Positions 36,001 through 46,400 of a stretch of 64,000 nucleotides of DNA are shown here, piece by piece. The position numbers and the translations under genes were made by a program. The first letter of the stretch is position 1. Each line of letters begins with the position of its first letter. The stretch spans positions 124,001 to 188,000 of the forward strand of contig OZ287694.1 of NCBI GenBank assembly GCA_965649825.1. The letters run 5' to 3'. This DNA comes from Penicillus capitatus. Lineage: Eukaryota > Plantae > Chlorophyta. A model generated the notes under the pieces. It was not told the DNA's origin. It was given only the letters and a program-made list of their open reading frames with translations, and did no database searches.

Positions 36001-39000
36001 TCGACATCTAGGCGCGTTGCATGTCCATGATATGGATCCTGATGGAACGTACGGAGAGGACAATGATCTGATGATCGACGGCTGTACGTCAAAGAATCAG
36101 AACACATTCCGGACGCCAGAGAACGAGCTGACCTGTGCATCTTACTTTCGTATTTTGAAAAGAGTGAACGCTCGATCCGTTCGCTTCAAAAGCACAAACT
36201 TCACGGAGAACAAAGCAATGGCAGGCGGCGCCATCTTCACGAACAATTTCACGATGATCAGAATCCTTCCAGACTTGCAGGGAGATCCAAACCCAGATGT
36301 GGACAGCTCGCTTGGATATGCGTTGACAGAGAATGCGTCTCAGTTCACCGCTTCAGGTGTGTCTTTTGACAGGAACGTCGCCGTCGATAAAGGATATGGC
36401 GATCGCGCTGCATCAACGCCATTTGTGGCGTTTCTCCACGAGCTGGACGACGAAGAGAATGACAAGAGACGCAGTAGCATCACGAAGAGCTTCTTTCTCA
36501 GTGGAGATCATCTTCAGTTCGATGTCCGATTCACAGATGGAATTGGGCAGAACGTGACATTTGCCGATATCTTAACAGCACACATCAGTTGCGATGAAGA
36601 TCGAACACGAAGAGAAACATCGGGCTGCGCTCAGCTGGAGATAACTGGCCAGGAAGTAGCTCTGGTGAATGAAGACGGAACGTTGAGCTTCACAGATGTC
36701 AGATTGAGAGGCCTTAAAGATAAGACATACGTGCTGCGTGTTGACTACAACGCAACACCCGAGCTGCAAACTCTGAATGTGAAGCCATCCTACATCTATG
36801 TGAGCATCAGGCCTTGCATGGTTGGCGAGACCGCCGTTATCAAAGACGATCGGTATCTGATGTGCCAAGAATGCAGCAGTTCTACGTACAACATCAAACC
36901 AGAAGAGGCAGAATGCAGACCCTGTCCAGAGCATGGCAACTGCGAGTCCAAAGTGATCACACCGGACAACGGCTACTGGCAGAAGACGCCGTGTTCGGAT
37001 CGCCTATACAGATGCCTGCCGACATCCGCCTGTGATTTCGATGAGCGTTCAGAGGGGCTCGAGAAGCTCACGCAAGACTTGACGAGCTGCAACTTCAGCC
37101 AGGAATGGAGAACGAATTACACGCGCGATCAATGTGCAAAGGTACTACCAGCTATACTTCTCTTCTTACAGATGCAAGACGGTTGATTTCTGCCGAAGGG
37201 CCACGAAGGGCTACTCTGCGGATCGTGCGCATCCGGATATGGTTCTGGCTTGTCAGCGAAGTGCCGGAAGTGCTCGAAGGAATTTATCAACGTTGCTCTC
37301 ATTCTAACATCGGTTCTCTTCTTGATGGTGTGAAGAACTCCCTCCGGCACCCTCTTCCTGTACCTCCCTCTCGACGTCCTCGGCTTGGACGACACGTATC
37401 TCTCCCTCGCCTTGGCCGGGAGGTGGAGGTGGAGCATTGTTGCCGGAGTCGTTCCCGTGTTGGCTCATCTCACAAGCGCAGCGGAAGTCTTGGAATTGGA
37501 TGAGGATGGGCGAAAGCTCGGAGGCCACACAAACAGCTTTTGCAGCAAAGAGCGACTTGTTACAACTTTGGGAATAGACAGCGAATGTTTTTGACAGATT
37601 GTATGCGGTTCAGAACACAAGTGTAAACTTTGGATGTTTTAAACGAAAGGTGTTTTTTATGTGTCGAAACCTTGCTTAAATACTCCGACCCTGATGTGAC
37701 GACAGGAAAATCAGCCGGACTTCAAGAGTGAGTTCGCAATGAGGCTCCCACTGAAACCAGGTAATTCAGTATGAACTTCTAGAAGTTTCCTAGGAACTTC
37801 TAAGGAACTCACTCCCAGTCACCATGACTTGTTTGCGACTCAGCAGTGACGGTTACGTCGCACCGCCAAAGACGCAACAAGTGCTAAGTGACAGAAATGT
37901 CACCATTACAGAGACGTCCCATCACCGTTCTGTCAGAATTGCGCCATTCTTTCACATGGAGGGGACTGACAGGTATCACAATCAATGGCACACTCAACGA
38001 CAGGAAGACGAATCAAAGAGAGCTTCGTCGCCAAAATGCGCTGACGACACGATCGACCGAGCTGGGGCCCGTTACTTCTCTCAAAGATCAAGCAGAGACA
38101 TCGGACGCCGATGGGCCTTCTCACCGCAGTGATTCTCCAAACGACCAATCGATCGAAGGTGTTCCCGCAGATGATGTATTTCTCGCGAAGTGGAAAGCCG
38201 TCGAAATGTTCAAGGTGAGAAAAGCAAATGCCTTGCCCTCTCTCGCTCAATCTTCTGTGTCGCCTGCGCAGATCGTTCTGAGTTTTATCCAGACGACCAT
38301 TCTGCTGGCTTCTTTAGACGTCGGATGGGGCCTTCCTCTATTCATCTTGGCAGAAGCGGCAGGTGAGGCCGAGCATTGATTTGCGTTTTGTTAACGATTC
38401 GTTGCTGTGGCAGAATACATCAGTGGCCTCGCGTCTGATGGCAACAGACGCTCCGTGATGTGTCTGGATCTTAAAGATCCGTACATGCATCCCACAGCGC
38501 TGGCTTTTGCGTTCACCGTCTGCTTCGTTCCCGTCGTCGTGTTTTTTCTCTGGATCGCGTTCTGGATGATAATGGCTGTGAAACATGGAAACGACAGGCC
38601 TCCGCGTTACCTGGCGAAAAGATGTATGCTATCCCTCGTGGCTTTGTGGTACGTCACACTGGTGCCGGTGCTCAAAACGGCATTGAGCATCGGACTCTGT
38701 GTCGACGTGGAAGACTTGTTGGACGTCTATGCGGGCGACCTCACCACCAAGTACTGGGCCCTCGACACGAACATCCAGTGCTATCAGGGAGACCACGCCA
38801 ATCTTCTCTACTTCGTGGTCCTGGCATTCGTCTGTCCCATGTACGGCGGATTGCTGATTGTCTTTGCTCTTATAATCAGAGCTCCGGCCGAGCACCTCCG
38901 CGACAAGGACGGCTGGGTCTACGAGACGACAGGATTCCTCTATCGTAGTTACAGTCTGGGTCGCCGTCGTTACTGGGAAGTCGCTGTCGTTCTGAGAAAG

Positions 39001-39486
39001 GTGGCGATTGCCTTCATGGTGTTCTGCGCCCTCCTTTACGACAGCGTCGTCCCCATCACTGGCGTCGCGCACGTCATCACACTTGCCATCGCCGCACAGA
39101 TTGTTGTGAAGCCCTATCGCAAGGAATTCGAAGACCTGAACAGATTCGAATTGGTATCACTATTCGTTTCCTTGGTGACGATTCTGGTTGGGATTACGCT
39201 CGGACAAGAGGACTTCCCGGAAGACGTCATTCGCGAACTATCCACCGCCGCATGCGTCCTGCTCAATCTCGTCACCTTTGTTGCCTTTGCTTACCACATT
39301 CTGAAGTTCCTGGTCAATTACCTGAGACACAGTTTGTTAGAGAGTGGCGAAGACACTGCGTCAGATGCTAGCATGTTCGGTGTCCTGATGCAATGGATCG
39401 TCTACAAAATAAAGTGTCTGACTTCCAAGGCGACATCAACGACCGAAGATCCCGAAACCGCCGAGCAATCGGCCCTCGAAAACTAA
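33030..39486 (+). pseudogene. Receptor paralogue C: distinct beta-helix ectodomain joined to a B-like C-terminal half; disrupted
   Basis: Signal peptide MKRLPLLWLLLANVLILSC and many GGA(I/L)/FxxN repeats. There is a 1-nt frameshift in the A-run at 33747-33750. An insertion at 37329-37956 creates a stop after TM1. TM ORF 38407-39486 is intact. Confidence 0.8.
37329..37956 (-). mobile_element. About 630-bp solo-LTR-like insertion inside the TM1 exon of gene C
   Basis: Absent from the homologous exon of B (CTTGATGGGACTGACAGG is contiguous there). Ends are TGTGAA...TTCACA (TG..CA with a 6-bp inverted repeat). TGG flanks both sides, but a clean target-site duplication is not resolved. Confidence 0.7.
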
Positions 39487-39522
39487 ACAAAATGAGCTCC
39501 ATTAGCTAGAGGCTTTTCCTTG

Positions 39523-39625
39523 TAAGCTGAGCTCCAAAACGGGCTCATATCACATAAGCTGTGCCATAGATTCTTTCTTCCTTTTCAAGCTGAGCCCGAA
39601 GTAGGGCTCAAATTACATAAGCTGT
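39523..39625. repeat. Two copies of the same hairpin motif 3' of gene C
   Basis: TGAGCTC-caaaac-GGGCTCA (39528-39547) and TGAGCCC-gaagta-GGGCTCA (39591-39610), each followed by ATYACATAAGCTG. Confidence 0.75.
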
Positions 39626-39723
39626 GACGGGACTTGTCCTTTTTTGGCTGCCAAAAGCATTGACTTGCAGGCTTGCACATCATGTACACAGCATGTGTGC
39701 AGCTTGTTCTCCGAGACAGGTTT

Positions 39724-40442
39724 TTAATTGACGTGACAAAAGCGCAGCGTCCCACGCCTAATGCCGCGAGAAATGAAAGGACTTCGGTATTGCACGTCGT
39801 AAGTGAAATTCCGGACGACGTCATTCGAGCAGATGTCCAGAACAACTGTCGCAAGGTACGTTCCGGCGACAGGTGTCTATCTCTCGTCGGCAACGTCTAC
39901 CATATCTATGATAGAACGCCGACAATTTAAATAATACGTGCGTAGCCACTGTGGCTCTGAATACTGTCCTGTCTATTCTACGAGTAAGGTCCCGAGAGAC
40001 TTCGTTCGACGATGAGAAAACGTAAAGAAGGACCACGAGGTGGTCTGAAAAGAGAGCACTTAGAACAAGCTGCTGATAGCTGTTGTTGAACGTGCATCAA
40101 AAAAGAATCGGAAGAGTGACCGTCATCAGCTGCATACATCAAACGCGCTCTGCCAAAGAAAACGACGAAGCTGCACTCTTGGACTTCTGAAGTTGGCCTC
40201 AATGGATGTATTCTACAGCAGGACAACCGTTGATGTGTGATCGTGCGGCCGGTACTGGCAGGTTTAGGTCCTGCCACCGGTCTTTGTCGAGTCCAGTCTC
40301 CGACAACCGCAAGGACAACAGACATGGACACGTGTCCTCTGCCGTCTAGCGCGTCATCTGCTCTGTCTGCCTGTTCCGGATGGTCTTCTAAGAGTTCGGA
40401 TCGCTTCGCGAACCTGCAGAGGCTTGACGATGTTAACGCCAT
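39724..40442 (-). CDS. Uncharacterised protein of about 200 aa, convergent with gene C
   Basis: ATG at 40442. Two intron-sized GT-AG gaps join the frames (...VFFGRARL / ...RATVATH / TPVAGTYLATVVLDICSND...-TAA). An indel between the two duplicated copies falls inside a predicted intron. Confidence 0.4.
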
Positions 40443-40939
40443 TCCGTCCGTCGATGCACAAACGACGAAAACTTCGGGAGAACGCTTCGCATCGCAACGC
40501 GTTGCACACTGTGCGCGCTAGAGGCTCGTGCGTCGGCGGGAGGTGGATGGGCAACGGCGGACGAAGAGAACAAACGGGACTGAGAAGACAGGAGCTGAGG
40601 TCCGCTAAAGGTATGTTTGTGTGGATAGTTGTTCTGTGCAAACAATGCCGACCTTACAGCAAATGTACAGGCCCGTCGAGACTGTACTGGGCAAGAGAGT
40701 TTGACGGTTTTGGAGATCCGGGCAGACAGACAGCTGTGTGCAGGCGAGAAGGCGACGGACGAATTTTGACGAGGAGTAAAACGACGGATGTGACGGCGGC
40801 CATCATTGCCAGTACAATTGTATTCATTCATCGTCGCGACGGTCTTTTTGTCGAAGCGCCAGCTGAGAACGCATATCGACTTCAGGAATACCTTCATGCG
40901 CCGCTCCTCAGATCCGAACGCGTCAAAACGAAGCGCCCA

Positions 40940-43548
40940 ATGGCCGTTTCGTAACCTCCCTTGCCCCACCGCTATCTCCCTCCCGAATGCACTCAATAGC
41001 ATGCGGAATATGCAGTACTGTCGTTAACGTTTTGCATTTTTTGCGTACACGGGGTGATGGTGCCCTTAGTGTGGCTCTGAAACTTGTCGAAGGCATCGCT
41101 GAACGTGCCGCGCACGCCGTGGCGAATACGGAGGGCTGCAAGCTGCTTGGCTCATTGGTCGAGCGGACGAAGCCATTTCTAAAGACATTGGCGCGGCAGC
41201 CATTGGACGACCCTTCTCTGCTGGCGGCTCTGGACCTCGTGTTCGATGCACTCGACGAAGCGGACCGAGTCATAGAGACGTGCTGCACGTCGACTTGTCT
41301 CACAGCGATGATCTGTGCTTCAACGTACAGCCAGATGCTGAAACGTACGGCTCAGAAACTGGAACAGGCATTGCAGCAAGTGCCCTTGACCAATCTATCC
41401 ATAACGGAAGAGATACACGAATGCATGCACGTCCTCAAAGAGGATCTGCGCCGAGCCACGTTTGACAGCGAGGGAACATCGACACACCAGACTCGAGTTT
41501 TGAAAGAGGAGATGGAAAAGGCCTTCCATCAGAATCTAAAGGGGACAGAAGAGATGAAGTCCATCGTCGTCGACATGATGATACAACAGTCGAGATCTGT
41601 GGACGCCAGACTGCGAGACGTGGATGTGCTCAAGGACTACATCCGCGAAGCACGAAGGGACAAAGACAGACAGCAGGAATTTGAGCTGCAGCAGATCATT
41701 GACGTGATTTCTGCCTCTGTGCAGCAGAAAGAGACAGCCGTGACTTCAGATGTGACAGTCGTTGCTCTCGATCAGCTTCGCTGTCCCATCAGTAAAGAGG
41801 CCATGCAGGACCCGGTGGTGCTGAAGGACTCAGGAGTGACGTACGAGCGAGCCAGTATTGTGAAGTGGTTGGGTAGGGAACACAGAGAGGATCCGGTGAC
41901 CAAGAGTGAGATCAGATCCGGCGATCTGATTCCAAACCGTTTAGTCAAGAGCATCGTGCGTTCTGCGTTTGGAATCGAAGGGTCGGCAGAACAGCAGACT
42001 CAAAAGGAAGAAGAACCGCCGTCCCTCGAGGCAGGATTGTACGAAGGACATGGTCAACATAAACGAGCAGATGGCACAGTGGCGTCTGCCTACCTTCTTA
42101 TCTGCCTTGATCCAGATGGAAACGTGCAGGGATCTGTGATGATCGAAGCGAAGGACAGCGACAGCGACAGCGAACAGCAGTTTTTGCTTATAGAAGGAAA
42201 GTGGGAAGCGTCGAATCCAAGCCTGTTTTTCACGGATACATGCGTTATGTACGAAGGCACGGTCTCTGCTGCCGCATTCCCTCAGAAGGCATTCCGATTC
42301 GTTGAAAAGACGACGCCACTTGAGGACTCCTTTCCTTCGAGCAGTTTCGAGCATCCGCAGCTTACGCCGCCACCGCCGCCACATCATTTCCTGCTTCGTT
42401 CTGGCCTTTTGGAAATGGAAGGGAACATCGTTGGTGCCAACGGGAAAAATCATCGAAGCAAAGCGCTGCTTTCGCTGAACAAAGATTCTGGTCTGCGAGG
42501 ATGGTTGTCGATCGAAAAGTCGCCTAGAAGCATTTGTGTGGGGAACGTACTGAGTGGCGGCTGGGAACTGAGTGGCGGCATGCATCTTACTCTCTACTTC
42601 CCGAGGTCAGAGAATGAACCCCTCGACCGTCCATCATCTCCTTCAAACTTTCTGGCGAAATACAAACTCGATGGAAATCTAAAAGTCAAAGATAGTGCTG
42701 GTAATCAACAAGGTAGTACCACACTTGAAGGCACGTGGAGGATGGCGGGATTAGGAGAAGATACGGCATTAGACACAACGCATCTGAAGAAGATCGTCAC
42801 AGGGCTAGAGTCCTTCGGCAAGTACAACTACGATTGCTTTCGCACGCCGTCTAGGAGATTGCCCACTCCGTTTCAGAATGCCATCAAGCTTCTCCGCTTG
42901 CCAAGTGAACCAGGTCATGCACAACGCCTCCATACATTTTGTCAAAGTTGCTTGTCGCAGGCCGTCTCATAGAACCCGGACTCAAGCGTTTCGGTGCCAT
43001 AGACCGCTTTCTTGGTTCGCACAGAAATCCTCTGTTTCCAGATGCGAGAGACGAGTTGACCAGCAATGCCTACTGGACGCGACTTCGAGCCTACTCGCTC
43101 ACGGTGTACTTGGAAGCCGCAGGTCGGCCAAATGAGTTCTTCATCAAGATCCATAAGCAACCCTGCCACAACCCAAAAGAGCCCAGGGCAGGCAGTTACT
43201 TGACAGTTCTCTCTCGCACTTCATATGAGGAAGCTAAAGACACGCATATCTGCTGCTTCGTAGCGCCAGACAGGTTTCTCTCGCTCACTGTCAGGCTTTC
43301 GCATGATTTGTTCGCGATGTGTTCATAGGAAGAATAGAGCATGTGTATGGAGGCTGGAGTACGCTGGAAACAGTGTCTATGCCACCGTCGTCAAGCACAA
43401 TGACGAAGCTGCTTCACAGTTCGTCGGATACGCACTCGCATCTCCGAAAACGCCAAGAGATGCCAGACACCAGGATGATTCTATATACGCTATCGTTAGT
43501 CCACTTCCCGAAAAATCGCTTCCTATCACTTTGTTCGATGAAAAGTGA
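40940..43548 (+). CDS. U-box E3 ligase with an N-terminal four-helix bundle (MLKL-NTD/UND-like) and an unrecognised beta-rich C-terminal region
   Basis: U-box LRCPISKEAMQDPVVLKDSGVTYERASIVKWL...DPVT...LIPNRLVKSIV. Amphipathic helical N-terminus. Exons join in frame, including a predicted 15-nt microexon at 41000-41014. The start could lie further upstream. Confidence 0.85.
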
Positions 43549-44049
43549 GTCGGTGGAGGCTGAGCATAGTGCATTGCCAGTGGGGTTCAACTCAAACACT
43601 GTTGTGTTATTCTGATAGATGATGCGACTGTGGTCCTTAAGAGCATGAAAACATTATAGCATTTGCCATTGTAACGAACTTTCTGAGTTTGTCTGTCTCG
43701 GTCCTCACGTTGCAACACACGATTCAGTGGCAACTGTCACACATAGTCGTGTAAATGTCTCCCGTCAAGGACGGTCGTCCAGCGCGTCCGTTTCCAGATC
43801 ATCTGCTAGACTTCACCGTTAGAGTGAACGTGAACATTTGATCAGCGCTTTGCTGATGTGAGAGGAAAGCTTCACGTTTACAGTGCAAAAGGTGAACATG
43901 CGTCCATGTCCATGTATTCATATGCTACAGGTGACATACACGCCGTGTAAGCGCCCTTTGGAGATGGAACCCTTGGATTCCAAGACAATCACGATGTGAC
44001 AGTCTTGCCATTCTGACAGCTGATAAGACACTTAGAAGCACTCGATGTG

Positions 44050-46400
44050 TGACGGTCGTACATCGAGGAGAAACAAGAAGTGGCCCCCTTGTGCTAGACA
44101 AACTGCATGCAGACACGTGAGCCGTTGTTGACTGTGATGGTCTGTGAGGCAGTCAAGACAGTCTCCTGGCCGACTTTGAACAGCTCACTCTTCTCACACT
44201 CTATCCATCGGGACAGCAAACGAGACAGAGCAACGTTCCAAAACACGCCTGGAGGCAACTCTGCAGTACAGGACAGCCAGATGCGTAGCAGCTTCTTCGA
44301 CGCAATGCTTGTTATGCAGCAACACGTGTTCAGCAGAGAGAGTCGATGGTTTCAAGAATATCTACAAATGCACGTGTTTTTAACATACGCATCTTCCCAC
44401 GGTAGGTAATGGATCTGTCCAGGCTACTGCTACCCACTAGACTCGCTTGACAGAACAGTCAATGTTAAGTAGAGTGAAATGACAGCAAAAAAAAAAACAT
44501 CACAGAAGAGGAGAGTTTGGCGGCTCAGTTATCGCCTCGGGCACATTCCTACTGCCAACGATGCATTTGTTTCATCGATAGAGACTAGACAGAGAATCGT
44601 TCTTTGGCCCGCACAGAGAAAAGCGCGCAAACGACACGGATACTTCCCCAAGACTCCGCGTAATCGATCCCCTTAATCTTGAGGGCAATGCGTGAGTATG
44701 TGGCCAGTGAGATGAGGATTCTTGAAAAGAAGAAGACAGACAGTCCGCCAATCGCCAAAAACAGAATGACGGTGAGCAGGATATGGACTTCACTCGTGAC
44801 ACGGCTGTCGTTGAAAAGGAGGCCGCCCATAAAGGCTAGCTGTGAAACAAACAGAGAGGCGCTCTCGTAGGCGTTCAGCTCATCAAACGCTTGATCGAAG
44901 GGACGACACAGAGTGTGACAATACCGGGCAATGGTCAGAACGCTGAGAGCAAGGACACACTGGATGTTCGGTCCTAAAGTATAGCCAAAGGCGACGACGA
45001 CAGCGAGGAGCGATTTCCTGAGCATGATCATCGACTCCCAGAAGAAGAATCGGTCATCGTAGGCGCGGTACAGAAACCCAGTGGCTTCGTTGTACCACAC
45101 ATCGCGCTCCGGAGCGTACCGTCGAACGGACACCAGGGCGAAAGCGAGGCCAACGGGAAAGCCAAGGGAGAAGAGGAGCACCACGGGCCAGCCCAATGTG
45201 CCGACCAGCACGGAATGGGCGCCTTCATAGCACTCGACAGAGGTGTCCACCGCCCAGTAGTCGTGGGATGGTTTGACAGCGCCGCCACACGAGACGTCGG
45301 CCTTCACGCACACCAGGACGTCGACGGCTGTCTTGGTGACGGATTCGTAGGAGATGTAGGCGATGACCAAGTAACTCAAGAGGAGTCTCTTGGCAAAGTA
45401 CTGCCAGGTCTTGGCGAACTTGTAAAGGGCGATGGCCCAGAAGACGGCGAAGAAGACGGCGACCAACACTGGGATGCCCATGAAGATGATCGTCCTCAGC
45501 ACGGATCTTGGAATGCTGGCATCGGAGGGAAGAAAGCAGTCGATTGGCAGCGTCACCGTCTCCGTTGCGGCGCCTCCCAGAAAATCTACGTACACACGAA
45601 CTTTCAGTTGGCGTGTCCCTCTCTTGGAGCGCCACTGACCCACAGTTGACAGCAGGTGAATGATTGACGCTGTCCAGTTCATGTTCAGCGAAATAGCGAC
45701 GGCAACCACTTGGAAGAAGTTGATCGAAATCTACGGAGCATCCAACGCTGCTTTGGCGGCCGCACAGAAAGTGTCTCACTTTGAACAGCTCCACGAGACG
45801 TTCTTTGGTGCGCTCTGCCTTGAGTGAGAGATACTGGGGAGCCTCGGAATCAAGGGATGCCACGGTGCCTCCGATGTGGACAGCAGGAAACGCCTCGCTG
45901 TGCTGCGTCATCTCAATGTTCCTCTCTTCTCTGCTCCCGCTTGGCTCAACTCGGCGGCGGGATGTCATACGGTCCGCCGCCCGGGCAACGAGATTGCTCT
46001 TGATCACAAAACTCGTTACGAGCAACAGCAGAAACACCGCCAGAAAATAGAACAGAACATTCAGCTGACGTTGACGACACTCTGCACATTCCAGTGTCCG
46101 CGTACGTCCGTATCCATCTTCACACGAACCACACAGCGGACCCTTGTATCCCTAGAACACACAATCAGGATACCAAGGCACGTCATCACGAACGGCTTCG
46201 TGCCTGTCGGCACTGGGCGTCGCTGTAGTTGCCCAGCAGGACTGCATCGCACTCTTCGCAGCTGTGGATGTCCCTTGAAGCATTCACCAGTCTTTGTTGT
46301 CGCTCCTCATAATCGCAGGCCTCGTGTGTGAGGCACTCCTGGATGTGGTCCGAGCAGGGATCGCTGTGCCAGTGGCCGGGATTGGGATGGATGACGTCCG
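44050..46400 (-). repeat. Segmental duplication, partner of about 20680-23000 (3' halves and 3' flanks of D and A)
   Basis: Shared flank (CGTACATCGAGGA...GGCCCCTTGTGC...CTGCATGCAGACA) and colinear TM exons and introns. Confidence 0.85.

Noticed and set aside
42920-42972. Zinc finger (HTFCQSC) at the end of the U-box ORF
   Set aside because: It falls inside a predicted 56-nt GT-AG intron whose removal joins the next exon in frame.
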